From Lytechinus pictus (taxonomy: Eukaryota): 64,000 nt of DNA. Below are positions 1 through 12,762 of this stretch, one piece after another (within the stretch, counting starts at the first letter, position 1; each line of letters opens with the position of its first letter). The position numbers and the translations under genes are program-made. Under the pieces are notes generated by a model. That model was not told the DNA's origin, made no database searches, and saw nothing but the letters and a program-made list of their open reading frames with translations. The stretch lies in the NCBI RefSeq assembly GCF_037042905.1, contig NC_087255.1:17856001-17920000 (forward strand). The letters are read 5' to 3'.

Positions 1-411
1 CATTTGGCATTTGCTGATACTTGTGATCATGAAATGAGGACTTAAAACTTTAAGAGGTGATTAGTCTTCATACTTCCATAACTTTCTTAATCCTTGTTCA
101 CATTTAAAATTGTCTTCTTTGATATTTTTGTACAACCTTGCTTGGATTAGACCTTTACAGGTAGATTTCTTTTATAATAGAGCACAAGTTACATGTATTT
201 TGCATACAGATAACGATGAGCTTTAATGAAGTAATGCACAAGCAGCTGTGTGATAACAGCCGACTCAAAACAATTTGTATTTTTTCAAAATCAAGATGGA
301 TTGCTAAACTGTAATATTCAGTGTAATGAAAATTCAAATTTCTGAAAAATAAACAAATTGGTCTTTAAAACCTGTGTGGTTCTTCCTTAATCCCCCTCCC
401 CCGAGCATAAA

Positions 412-770
412 ACAAAACACAAGCATCAACACATACATGTTCAATACAAATAATTTCAAATAGAAATACAACTCATGGAGAATTTGCATTCAAACCCATT
501 TAAATTTGAGGGGGTGAACATATGCAACTTGTCATTCACAACAAAACACAAGCATCAACACATACATGTTCAATACAAAGAATTTCAAATAGAAATACAA
601 CTCATGGAGAATTTGCATTCAAACCCATTTAAATTTGAGGGGGTGAACATATATGCAACTTGTCATTCACAACAAAACACAAGCATCAACACATACATGT
701 TCAATACAAAGAATTTCAAATAGAAATACAACTCATGGAGAAACATATATGCAACTTGTCATTCACAACA
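412..770. repeat. Tandem repeat, ~130 bp unit, ~2.7 copies
   Basis: Unit ACAAAACACAAGCATCAACACATACATGTTCAATACAAA...GCAACTTGTCATTCACA restarts at ~412, 541 and 672; the third copy is internally deleted. Explains the repetitive ORFs 475..723 and 660..926. Confidence 0.9.
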
Positions 771-1186
771 AATCCCTTTTCTGAGATGTTTACAAATGTA
801 CTTGGTTACAATAAAATATCATTCGATATAGGAAACCTTTTCATTTTTGCTGCATTAAAAAACATCCTTTCTCCTCTTCTTCTTTTTATCCTCTTCATCT
901 CCTTCTCCTCTCCTTTAATCTCCTAGGAGATTTACACATAAAAAATGAGAATCACCTCTTCATGTATTTATAAGTTAGCATTCAAATCAACTGAAGCAGG
1001 ATTTTATTATTATCTATCTTCTTTTTCTCCATACAACCTTCTCTTTTTTCATTCAAACAATTTTCCAGAATTCTATTCCATTATGAAGAGTTTAACACAT
1101 ACATGCTGTTGAGATTGCAGACAAAATTAAAATGATTTGACCAATTCTGTAGTCAGCAGCATCAATATTACAAACCAGTGCCACCA

Positions 1187-2277
1187 TAGGGTGGCCAACC
1201 CAGTGGGCAGCAACATTGGATTTAAAATTAACAAAATATCATAATTACATTCTAATATTACATAGCAATACATGTATTTAAAGATAAATGTATATCTCAA
1301 AAGTCATGTCAAAGTCTAAGTCACATGAACTTGTCAAACATGGTGATCAAATACAGGAAGGCAGGATACAAATAATACAAGTAAAATTTTCTGCTTGTAC
1401 ATCAGAACCCCAGACCCCGGTGAACCTTGTATTACTGAATGCATAAAAAATAATTGCATGTGAAAACTTTCCTTCCAAAGCAAAAAAGGGGGAATTCAAA
1501 TAGAAAGACAGTGAAAGATGTCAAAAGCATATTTTCAGTCTTTATTTTTTTTAGATAACAAAGTCAAAGAGCTGATTGATCAGTGATATTGTTGATTTTC
1601 AAACTTTTTGCACAGAAAATACATGTTTGCCTTTTCAAGTGAGCAATACATTTCAAATGGGAAGAGGGGTGCGAACGGAAAATGATTGTAAGAAGAAAAT
1701 TGATTTTGGCTAATTTTTACATCTTATATTTTATAGAATCCATGTGTGTAGAGTTCTATTTGTGGTGAAATTTTAATATATTTATGAGAAATTATACTTT
1801 GACTTAAAGTAACAATTGAATGATTTCATCTCTATCTAAAGTATCTTCTTCTGACTTCTTGCAATGTATTTCTTTTCCTCCTCATGTTTCTACTCTTTCT
1901 CAAAATAAGTCAAAGCTCCCTGCCCTCTCTTCAATTTTCTCCTGCTCTGTAGATCTACTCCTCTTCCTTCCCCACCTCTTTCTAAATCTCTTCATCCTCC
2001 TCCTCTTTTTTCTCCTTTCCACCCTTCTTCTCCCTCCTCTTCTTGTTCTGCTTCTTCTTTCCTACATGTATCTTCTCAAGTTCTCCTCTCTCCTTCCTTT
2101 CTTCTTCTTTCCTTCTGCTTAAACAATACAATACACAAAAAGGTGGTCTGTACTAGAATTTAAACAGAAGAACGAGGAAAGAGCCAGGTTGACCTGAAAT
2201 TGGCTGAATTAGGGTGTGCGGTGGACAAAGAGTGGGCAGGGCAGGTTTGCTGCCCACTGTCCGTCGGCCACTACCCC
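1187..2277. mobile_element. Possible degenerate MITE (imperfect inverted ends TAGGGTGGCC...CAGTGGGCAGCA)
   Basis: TAGGGTGGCCAACCCAGTGGGCAGCA at ~1187 is an imperfect inverse of TGCTGCCCACTGTCCGTCGGCCACTA at ~2248-2273. No clear TSD. Confidence 0.35.
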
Positions 2278-2513
2278 GTGAGTTCTCACGTGAAATCCGA
2301 ACAAACGACAATCGCCTTTATTCAGCTCAACTCGCTCAAGAGACATGTGACGTCGAGATTTAAGTAACAATAACATTTATATAAGTATACATTAATGGTA
2401 TTTAGCCTCATATTCCTAAAATATAACAATTCATAAATTGGTCGATTCCTCTTAATATTTATAATTCAAACTATATATTGAATAAAAAACAACTTTAATA
2501 CTCAGTATCCTAC

Positions 2514-2540
2514 CTGGCTGATCGACGGGAACGTAGCCAT
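2514..2540 (-). CDS. Probable first coding exon of an unidentified minus-strand gene (MATFPSISQ|intron)
   Basis: Minus strand reads CAAGATGGCT ACG TTC CCG TCG ATC AGC CAG|GTAGGA: an AAGATGGC start context and a phase-0 donor in CpG-rich DNA, 122 bp from the GST ATG. Downstream exons not identified in the window. Confidence 0.55.
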
Positions 2541-2662
2541 CTTGATCGCTCGGTCAAATTAATAAATGTGTAGCAGCGCCAGCTGCGGTGGAATCTCTAC
2601 AGTCAGGCAGAATTGAAGTTGAACAACTTGGGCTCGGCTTAATTTAAATCATCAATTTGACC
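2541..2662. promoter_or_regulatory. Compact bidirectional promoter with CTCF-like motif
   Basis: 122 bp between two divergent ATGs, CpG-rich. Minus strand 2571-2590 reads CACCGCAGCTGGCGCTGCTA, similar to the CTCF core CCASYAGRKGGCRSY. Confidence 0.5.
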
Positions 2663-5600
2663 ATGGATGGGCTCCAGTTTGGCGCTATAATTATTGCTGC
2701 ATTAGGCACTATTTACCTCACGGGTAAAAGTGGTATGATGATGCGGTAAGTAAGTTACTGAGCTTAGTAAACTGGTTGCCCGAGTCGAAGGGTTTAAGAT
2801 CCGCAGACTTTGTTGGAGCGCAGATTCAGTGCAGCTGCAGCCAGGACCGGCCCGGAGACGTTCGAGTTAGACACCGTACACCACCAGCTACCGAAATACC
2901 GGTACCACCAGCAGTACAGCCAGACAGCTCGGGCACAGGCCACAGCTCAGGCCATTGCCATTGGCCACTTGTAATTTAACTTCATGCAAAGCAATGTCAT
3001 GTCAATGAATGCAAAAGTTTTATGTAGATCAAGCTTAAGTTAGTTGTTTGTCATGTTTGTTGGGATTAACTTAGTCTTACTCTTAGTCGGGATTACAGAA
3101 AAGATTAAAACTTAAGTTAAGCCCCGCTACCCTAGACCAAACCTGCCAAAACCAAAAGCTTCGGTCTCTGTTATGTTGGTTGTTCAGCTGAACTCCGTTG
3201 GCTTCACTCACCAAATACGAGGAGAAATAAACAAATTAAAAAAAGTTAAAAACTCCTCGAAACAGACGGCTGCCAGCTGTCTACCGCTACCCATGCCATG
3301 TTTATTATTTTTTAAACTGAACTGAAGCCATAAAATTGAAATTGAAATACACGTCTTGGAGTTGGACTTGATTGAGAACTTGGGTTCTGAGACTGACGGC
3401 GTGTATGTCATAGATCTGGATTGGTGAAAGTTGAAACTGCGAGGTTTAAATTCAAACTAAACTTTCTAAAGAAAATAATTAGAATAACATGACAAGTTAT
3501 GCTAATTGCTCTGCATAATTGTTATTGTGACGTGACGTGACATCACAGACAAGCAGCTCTATTAATAAATTCCACAAAATTGTAAACTAATTCATTTTCT
3601 TAATAAATCGATTTTGAAATTTTTAGGTATATTGGTATTTGTGGATATTTCATCATATGCCTCCTATAAGAAAATAATTCTTTTAATATTTCATTAACCC
3701 TTTGCGCGCTGATGTTGCAATCTAACACATCCGTACAATTACTTTCAAGTTTCAACAATCGTAATAATTAGTTTTAGCTGCTCATATATGACTTCACAAA
3801 TTAAAAACTTCACACGCTGACTAGATTTATCTCTCATTCTTCGATGGATTTTCATCATCCCTTAATACCATTAACAAACTTGTCAGCAGGGTCAACTTCC
3901 CCTTTATTTAATTTTGTTTACCTTTACAGATCTATGGTATGTGCTTCATAAACTTAAGACAACAGTCAAATCCCTTCTAAAATAGAGAAATCAATAGAAC
4001 TTTATTTCATTTCATTTTAACAAGTCAACAGAGGTACTAAGGGCTGAAAATAAAATCTAAGTAAAATAAAAAGTAAAATTCACCAAGCAAAATGCTGAAA
4101 ACTTTAGATAAAAGTTCAGCAATATTTTATGAAAACTGTCAGATACACACCTTCATAAATATTCATTACATGGGCTAATGAGCTACTTTCCTTTTTCTGT
4201 ATTACAAGAAATAATTATTTTATATTTTCATACATCTGTGTATGATGTCTCCCTTGTTAGTTGTAGCATTTTGACTATAAGGCAAAAGAGATTTGACCAT
4301 GCATGTGATGATAGCACATCATTTCCACTTCTCAACTTCTTTTTTTTTACTGGAATACCAGATTCTGATTTTTGAAAGATAAATCTAAATCCTGCTTTTA
4401 TTACTCAGCCATACTAATTGCATGTACATTCATTCCAAAGACTTTTATTTCTCTTCAAACTTAGAAAACTTCAAGAAATAGCTACAGGCAAGGCAGGATG
4501 TGTGCCGGCCGAAGACCTTGGTTTTGTCACCATACACTATTTCGCTGGTCGAGGTCGAGCAGAAGCTATTCGACTCCTGCTGAAGCAAGCCAATGTACCT
4601 TATAATCAGACAGACTTTACCCGAGAAACTTGGCCTGAAGCCAAGAAAGCAGGAGTAGAACAAGGCCTATACACCTATGGACAAGGTAATTTCATATTTT
4701 CCTCCCCCACCGCTTAACTCCATTCAGCATCAAAATGTTTTGATATTTTTTGGAACTCATATGAAGGGTATAAGGTGCAATGTGAACATGTTATTCTCAA
4801 AAGATCTTTGTTATTTTATTGTCATTTTTTAATATTGGTTAACCCTGATGTGTCTCCAGGGCTCGACTTTAGCGGGAGCCCGGTGGCAATTGGCTCCCTA
4901 AAACCTTGGCGGGCTCCTTAGAAAGTAAATCAAAATGCCCGGCTTGCTCCTTAAGTTTTTCTAGTATCAGCCAAGAAAGTTCATTCATAAAAACAGTGAG
5001 TGACCTCGTAACTGTCAACATTGAGCCTGTGTTGCTTGGTTACAATGGTATGTCCCCATGGCAGGGGTCATTGTATGAGCCCCTTGGGCATTCCTAGTGC
5101 CTGTGGCTGAGTTTGATGTAAACAAAGATGTCTATTTTGAAATAATGGATGAGATGAATGTCGATTTGAGTGGAAATTGAATATGCAATGAAACAGATTG
5201 AGCAAAGGATGAAAATATCATATTTTGCGAAGGTTCTGAAAGAAAAGTGTATTCCTAGTCAGTGGTTAAATGCATTTTCAATAGTTTTTGTCATTTATTT
5301 TCCTCTCTGCAAATGATATTAATTATTGCTTGCTCAATCTGTTGAGCAATATTGAAGATTGAATGAATATAAATTTGAACAGACAAGCTAGGAAGAGTGA
5401 CTTATCCTGTGCTATATCTCATTCTGATAAAACCTGAAGTCCAATGTTAGACTGTTACTGTAGCAAAAGGGCTTCACAAAAGTCAATTGCTGTAAGATTA
5501 ATTCTTCAGTTCAGTTAATCCTCACATTTACTTAATAATAATACACCTGGTATTGATGATTATAAAAACAAGGAATTGTGTTGGTGTGTTTTAATACTGA

Positions 5601-8600
5601 CCATTGTTATGACCCCCAAAAAAATGTGATAAACTTGGGCTCCCTGAACCCCTTGCGGGCTCCCTAAAAAAGTGGTTGAGGAGCCCGGCTGGCTCCCTAA
5701 AAAAAAAGTAAAGGTCAGGCCCTGGTCTCTGATTTCAAAATGATGATAAGATGTTGAGGAGATGGAATGCTTATCATCTACTTGTATTGTAGTCTTGCAA
5801 TGAGTACTGGGGGATGTTTCACAAAGATTTAAGTATCACTTAGAGTCGCACTGAAATGTCTAGTTGTGCGCGGTACAAAGGCATGCCCGCATTGGTCAGA
5901 TCCTGCCAAAAGGACGGGCACTACTGCGTATTGATCAATAAGATTGCGCGTTGCATATCATGTACGCGTCTGTATTTAAGTGCGACTTTAATAAGCCATA
6001 CTTAAATCTTTGTGAAACACCCCCCTGGTCAGGTTAACCTTTGGAAGAAAATACCATTCTGTTAACACTTGATAGGTTCCTTCTATCATAATGGAGAATT
6101 TTGTTTTAAAAGGAGATTGTGACCAACCATCTTAAAACCAACATTAAAGAGAAATTCCAGTATTTGCAGTAAACACTGATTTCATGAGAAAGTCTGTAAA
6201 ACAAGGCTTAATTGTCAGTATATCATCGAGGATCTAGATCTGGTACAGTTACATAAACTGAACTTTGTGAAATCTTGAAATCTACGCTGAAAAATGTTCA
6301 CACTGAAGATCACCAACACAGATAGGCACACGTGGGACAGTGTATTATTATTGCTAAAATAAAGACCCGACGGAAGTGACCGAATCCGCGCTTATTTTGC
6401 TTATTTCTCAGCAATTACACAATTTCTTCCAGAATCCTTTGGCACATATTTTTTATTCATACAAACAGACACTTAGGTGGTCATTATATTAGATTCTGTA
6501 AAAAGTCATTTTTAGATCGTTACCAAAACTGGAATTTATCTTTAAGTCGCCCAAATTTAATTTTGAGAATTTCATTGAGCTTGAAAAAGCACATCCTAAG
6601 CTTTGAAACAATAACTTGTCAAATTGATGAACAGTAGCCCATTAATATACTTGATTAAATGTAGAAAAATCCATTGATGATTCAAAGAATAAGGAGAAAT
6701 CAAGGTTTGAAGTTTAGGGTTCACTCAAGCATGAGATGTGCACTCTGTGTGATCTCTGTGAAACTACCAAGCAGTTCGGAAAAAAGAAAGTGTTGTATAT
6801 CATCTTTTATATCCTACATAATTTAAATCATGTATGCTGATTGGTTTTAGCATCACATGACCAAACATATGCTCACTCGTTTGTGATGACGTTGAAAATG
6901 AAACGCCCACTGAAGAAAAATTGCTATTCCGTGATGTCAATGATGGAATAGTGCACTATTTTTATAGCTATTTTTATTAGTGATCACTTACACCCCGCCC
7001 GCTACATAGAAAATAACATTGCCTCTTCATACACCTCTCTTTCCTATGTAGTACCTGCTATTTTGACATCATCAGGTGTATCTATGGTCCAGCAGCAGGC
7101 CATCCTTCATTACATTGGTAGGGCTACAGGAATGGACTGTGATTGTGAAGATCTCCATCGCTGTGAGGTTCTAGCTCAAGGAGTTGGTGAGTTGGATCCC
7201 AAAATTATTATTATTATTGTTATTAATTTATTCGGCAGATAATACAAAAATACATTTCAGTATTAGCAATACAAACTAAGAAATATCAACCATTGGAACG
7301 CCAGGGACAGTAAAAGTTAACTGAATTCTGTGGCATGAAGCCTACCAGTACTGTCCCAATTCTAATGGTTGATTTACAATATATATTAAAGGTCAAGTCC
7401 ACCCCAGAAAATCGTTGATTTGAATCGATAGAAAAAAATCAAACAAACCTAACGCTGCAAATTTCATCGAAATCGGATGTAAAATAAGAAAGTCATGACA
7501 TTTTTAAGTTTCGCTTATTTTTCACAAAACAATTAATGCACAACTCAGCGATATGCAAATGAGAGAGTCGATGATGTCCATCACTCACTATTTCTTTTGT
7601 TTTTTATTGTTTGAATAAAACAATATTTCAATTTTTACAAATTTGACAATAAGGACCAACTTAACTTAACCATAAACTGTTAAAATAATGGTAATTCCAC
7701 ATGTTCAGGGAGAAATAAAACGTTGTTTCACTTGACAAGGAGGATAAAATTAGAAAATTTCATATTTCATATAATAAAATACAAAAGAAATAGTGGGTGA
7801 CATCATCAGTCTGCCAATTTGCATACCGACCAGGATGTGCATATAACTGATTTGTGAAATGAAGCAAAACTTTAAAATGTCATAACTTTCTTATTTTACA
7901 TCCAATTTTGATGAAATTTTCAATGTTTTGCTTGTTGGATTTTTCTCCCTTTTTTCAAATCAACTTTTTGTTGGGGTGGACTTGTCCTTTAATAACATGA
8001 GGGCTTGGGGCTATTTTGCCCCCCCCCCCCCCCCCTCCAAGATTCTGGGAAGAGCCCTGAAAAATGAAGAAAAGTCCCAGAAAATCACCAATCGCCTCCA
8101 TGTTAAAGCTTATTCAATATCACAGATTTAGGCAGTAGGTTGTAAAAGGTCACTTTGTGTCATTCCCTTTCTTATTCAATTTGTTTTCTCCCCCCCCCCC
8201 CTCCAATTATGGCAGCATTTTTTTCTTCTCCATTTGCATGTCCATGAATCAACTAAAGTTCTTATTATATTTCAATATCTTTCAGAGGACGCTCGCAGCA
8301 AGTTATCAAAGATGATCTATGACCCGTCTTTTTCGCTTGCCATGAGGAATGAATACTTGAGGGAGATAGCTCCGCTCTGGCTGGGATACTTTGAGAAGAT
8401 AGCCCCCTCTATACCCTCTCAGGTAAATCATATTGATCGGATGACAATCTGGCAAGTGTATGCCCCTTGACATATATACTGTCAAATTAAAAAAACTTGA
8501 TTAAATTAAAACATAAACACTTCTACTATTAATTATTTGTAAGGGGCTTGAAACTGTTGTTTCTGATTGTAAATTTCTGTCTACAAAATACAAATTGATA

Positions 8601-9349
8601 ACGAGAATCTGCAATTGAAAGTCTAATCAATTAAGCTCAACAAAAACAAATGGTGAATGTTCATTTGCTCATGCTGCCCCTGGTGTATGGAACAAACTCC
8701 TGAACATGATTGTTCCTGTTGAAAAAATCAAAACGGCTCTTAAAACCTATGGCTCAAGAAAGTGAATTATCTAACATATGCACTATATAGAAACTTACTT
8801 ATTATTTTTATTAAGGAATAAAACAGAAATATTCAGGAAATGCGTAGCACCATATATATCAACTCCCAACTGGTATACACTTATGTACTTTTGGGCATAC
8901 TATAAAGAAAGAAGGTGAAGAAAATATACTGACTGGACAATTAGATTGAAAAAAAATGCAAAGTAAGCTAGTGTATCAAATACATGAATGAGGTCATAGG
9001 AGTATGGTAGATGAAATGTGTCAAACAGAAAAGGAAAACAATATCACCACAGAATTATTCAATGATCCTTGTTGTCTCCTATCTCCAGCAAAATGGATAT
9101 TTTGTATCTCATCGACTGACCTGGGTGGATTTCCTCATCTTCGACCTCCTCGACACCAATGTGGAATTCGGCAAGCTGGATATAGGGCGCTCTCCTGTGG
9201 CCATCTTAGCAGAGTTCCCGAAACTCAACTCCTACTACAACCACATGAAGGCATTACCAAGTATTGGAAATTATCACAGGAGTTCTGAGAGGCCTCCTTT
9301 TAAGATACCATACATGCCTAAACCTGAATCGAATGCCAAACAGATGTGA
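2663..9349 (+). CDS. Glutathione S-transferase-fold protein (Tyr-type, sigma/pi/mu-like) with N-terminal hydrophobic extension; 5 exons, 278 aa
   Basis: Exons 2663-2745, 4465-4685, 7052-7186, 8286-8422, 9089-9349; all GT-AG, phases consistent, 837 nt total. GST motifs: IHYFAGRGRAEAIRLLL (catalytic Tyr), YGQVP (cis-Pro), QQQAILHYIGR, LTWVDFLIFDLLD, FPKL. Exon 1 encodes MDGLQFGAIIIAALGTIYLTGKSGMMMR. Confidence 0.9.
3130..3285. repeat. Dispersed repeat; inverted sister copy at ~55293-55780
   Basis: AAAGCTTCGGTCTCTGTTA...AACTCCGTTGGCT...AAACAGACGGCTGCCAGCTGTCTA matches the reverse complement of 55293-55355 and 55685-55780. Confidence 0.75.
4857..5724. mobile_element. Non-autonomous DNA transposon (CAGGGC...GCCCTG ends, 5-bp TSD GTCTC), hAT-like
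   Basis: Ends CAGGGCTCGAC / GTCAGGCCCTG, subterminal GGCTCCCT repeats at both ends, flanking direct repeat GTCTC at 4852-4856 and 5725-5729. Confidence 0.75.
5810..6024. mobile_element. Harbinger-like MITE (CTG TSD); degenerate sister at ~21239-21450
   Basis: TIR GGGGATGTTTCACAAAGATTTAAGTAT / ATACTTAAATCTTTGTGAAACACCCCC, flanked by CTG on both sides. Confidence 0.8.
6148..6541. mobile_element. Kolobok-like MITE (TTAA TSD); sister copy 19940-20786
   Basis: TTAA|AGAGAAATTCCAGT...ACTGGAATTTATCT|TTAA; internal sequence colinear with 19940-20786. Confidence 0.8.
7390..7988. mobile_element. Kolobok-like MITE (TTAA TSD)
   Basis: TTAA|AGGTCAAGTCCACCCC...GGGGTGGACTTGTCCT|TTAA with long imperfect inverted arms. 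A left-end fragment of the same family is at ~52896-52946. Confidence 0.85.
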
Positions 9350-10977
9350 ATTTAAGAGTGTTTGTCTGAAATATGTAGTACTATTCATTTTATTTTAGCC
9401 AACAGTCCAGTGTATGTACATGTAGCTGTGGTGAAATATTTAGAGTGAAAATTACATGAAATGTAAAATTTGTTGTGTTGTGTAGCCTAAGGATTAATTG
9501 TTGAATATGGGGTCTGAAGAGTATCTAGTTACTGTCTTTATTGTTAGAAAGACATTCCTCATGAAAAAAAACCATACTGAATTATGTAATATAATTTGGG
9601 ATATTAAGTTCAAATTCATTACACAATTAGGGTAATTTTTAAACATTTCAGCTTTCCTTGATTGAACTTTAAAGATGACTTGTCTCATGACTGTAGAGCA
9701 TTTAAGTGCATAAAAATATATTTTGTGTTGGATCACTTGGATATTATGAAATTCATCTGAAATATGATTATAATTTAACTGACCCCATTCTGTGCCGCCA
9801 GAAGGAGTTTGTAAGAACCCTTCATTATTTGAGTTGCTTCGCTTCAATTTACGGCTGATACTAAGCCTAAATTGTGTACCTACCTTCATAGCCAACCACA
9901 GTTCGTTGTTTAGCATCCATTGTCTCTTTCGGTTCTATTATATATTGTTTTGCTCCAGCGTTCTAGTTATTTGTGCGATTTTACTCCAATGATTGCATGT
10001 CGAAAAGCGTCAGTATGTCAGTTTTTAAGGCTATTTTACGATTCTGTGGTACCAAAATTTATTTATTGAATAGAATTTAGTAGAAATAGGTGGATTCAAA
10101 TATGTAAATCTTTATCCTTCTGTACAAAGTCATCTGTCAGGAGAGAAAACTTTTATAACTTATTCTGTTTTGTGTAGTTTCCAAGGTTCTGAAGTTGTAG
10201 ATGGATGTATAAATTATTCACAGTTCATTTTTCAGTCATTTTGATCTTTCATACTTCTTTTCATGTACACTGCCAAATGGGTGGAACTCTCACAAAACTT
10301 CCTTCTCATCTACCTTCAAACGTAGTGATATGTAGTAGCAACATTTGGTAAAACTTCCTAGAAAAGATTATACGTTATTTCAGCATAGATTGTTGTTATG
10401 GAATTATTCTGTTTAACAGAACCAAGTTCTTACCATTATAACCCTCTATGGGTATGATCATTTGATTATTTAATTGTAAATGTAAACCAAGTCTTTCAAA
10501 AGCAGGAAGAATTTTTCCTTTGTAAAAAGATAGGTCAGCAAATTGTGATACATAAAAATATATATTCTAAATCAAAACTTCAAACTAGTTGAATATTATT
10601 TAGCTATTTGATCAAAGAGCAATATGACACATGAATACGATCATCTGGTTACTAGATTTTCAGTGGCTGAATTCACAAAGTGTTTATTATCATGTTATGG
10701 TTCAACCTGTTCTATCAAGGAGGCTAAACAAGCCCCCCCCCCAAAAAAAAAAAAAAAGGAAACAAATAACTACTTGAATAAACAATTAACTTAATAGATA
10801 AAAAGATAGAAAATAGATAAATGAATAAATTAATATATATACTAATGAATTGATTAATGAATTAGTGGATAATTGAATAAAATAATAATTGATAGAATAA
10901 ATAATTCATGAAATGAATAAATAAGTTTAAAGAAGGATAAAATGTGGAAAGTTCATTTGAATGCCTCTGCCTACTAG

Positions 10978-11121
10978 GTCCCGTTTCATAAAGTCTTGTT
11001 ATATTAACAAATGCACAATTTCTATAACAAATTTACCATCAGCCAATCAGATCGAAGGCTTTCAGTAGCTTTTAACTGTTATTGAAAATTTGATATTGAA
11101 ACAAGTTTAATGAAACGGGTC
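10978..11121. mobile_element. Harbinger-like MITE; related copies at ~49026-49157 and ~59655
   Basis: Ends GTCCCGTTTCATAAAG / TTTAATGAAACGGGTC; internal AGCCAATCAG core shared with the sister copies. Confidence 0.65.
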
Positions 11122-11556
11122 ACGGGAGATTGGTGCTGGAAAAATAGCAAATGTTATTTTTTTTAATTTGACAAGCATAAAGTCTCGGTCACCACCACTT
11201 TTTTCTAAACAACCTAGAGAACTGCTGATTTATCACTTTTTAAATCAAATCATGTCAATAATGATGTAATCATTGAATTATTTTTTGTAGAATCATGCAA
11301 TATTGATGATTAATTTCTTTGTTATTTATGCTTGAATGAAATAAATATGTGATTGTTCATATTTTTACCTCATATCTGCTATGAGTATTATTGTGATGAT
11401 AATCTATGATGATAATCACTTGTGATCGTGTGCATTTTATTATTCAATTTATACCATAATGTCAATTTATCGAGAAGAAGAAGGAAAAGGAGAGAAAGAA
11501 GAAGGATGAGAAGAAGAGAAAGAAGAGGGAAAGATCAAGGAAAGAAAGAAAGAAGC

Positions 11557-12200
11557 TTCTTCAATTCTTCCTGAAATAATACAAGAAAGATGCAAGTATA
11601 TCGTGAACCTGTGTTTGATTTTTTTTTCAAACTATATCCCTCTCCTCAGTGGAAAAAGGGTAATCCTTTGTGCTGGGGATAATCAAGGCTGTATTAATTA
11701 CTTCCGTTTATTAAAAATAATATATTGCATTCATGCAATGGTAAAGCATGGGGTTTATTTTGATATTTTAGAAAATAAAGAAAAGAAAAAGATGTTCTAC
11801 TGAGTTCACTTTGTTGAATTGGGGTACATTTTTGGTATGACTGATAATCAACAACAAAACAGATTTCATGAATATGAATTGCAGTCAAGTTTCCAGTGTT
11901 TAGTGATCTGGTCTTTATTATTAAAATGGAATGACACACACCTCTCGTTCTGTTTTCTTTGCGAGGCCATCCTTGATGTATTGTTGTCTGATATCAAAGC
12001 CTTGGTTGAAGAGCACCATCTGTTGTTTGCGTTCCTCCAGGTCTTTCTTTCCGAGCTCCTTGCAATTATTGATGCACTTCCCTGCTCCAGGCCCCTCATA
12101 CTCATCAGAGGCATCACAGCAATCTGAATAAGAGAGAGGAAGAAAGAAAAAAAAAAAGAAAGAAGAGAGGAAGGAAGAAAGAAAAAGAAGGAGAGGAGGA
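11557..12200 (-). pseudogene. Inverted partial duplicate of PRKCSH (end of intron 3, exon 4, intron 4, first ~14 nt of exon 5)
   Basis: The reverse complement aligns to 18640-19490. The exon copy 11942-12123 encodes [35 protein letters not shown]... with intact splice sites. It lacks the MITE present at 18879-19134. Right boundary approximate (GA-rich tract). Confidence 0.9.
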
Positions 12201-12424
12201 TGGGGAGAAGAAGAAAGAAAACAGGAAGAGAGAGGAGGGGGAAAGAAAGAAAGAACTCCCATCCCCTCTATGATAAGAGTGAGTTAATGGGCTTTTGCAT
12301 ACTTATTACAACATAAATTGTGCATGAAAGTACAATCCTCTTTCAGCATTTTTTCGCACTTAAAATGCAAATAATAACCGACCAAAATCACCTGGAAACA
12401 GTTTAAAAATGCTTGGACTAGCGA

Positions 12425-12762
12425 CAGTGGCGTACCTGGGATTTTTCACAGGGGGGGGCAAAACCGTCGGCCAAAAAATTTGACAAGCAAAAAAAAAAAA
12501 AAAAAAGGTCTTCAATTACAAATGAAGGATTTCGTAGCAGAAAAAAATTTGACAAGCAAAAAAAAAAAAAAAAAAGGTCTTCATGATTACAAATGAAGGA
12601 TTTCGTAGCAGAAAAAAATTTGACAAGCAAAAAAAAAAAAGAAGAAAAAAAAAAAGGTCTTCAAGCTCGTCAGGGGGCAGGGATACGTCCTTTGCATGGG
12701 TTGTGGCTCGTCAGGGGGGGCAAACTGCCCCCTCTGCCCCCCCCCCCGTAGGTACGCTAGTG
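12425..12762. mobile_element. hAT-like MITE with 8-bp TSD and internal ~68 bp tandem repeats
   Basis: ACTAGCGA|CAGTGGCGTACC...GGTACGCTAGTG|ACTAGCGA; internal unit AAAAAATTTGACAAGC(A)nGGTCTTCA...GATTTCGTAGCAG repeated ~2.7 times. Confidence 0.9.

Noticed and set aside
1-341. Second exon of the minus-strand gene (acceptor-like TTTTTCAG at ~342)
   Set aside because: The phase-0 frame hits a stop within 8 codons and no recognisable protein is encoded.
9347-11400. UGA recoding or SECIS for the GST gene
   Set aside because: The TGA is followed by an in-frame TAA two codons later, the GST fold is already complete, and I could not identify a convincing SECIS.
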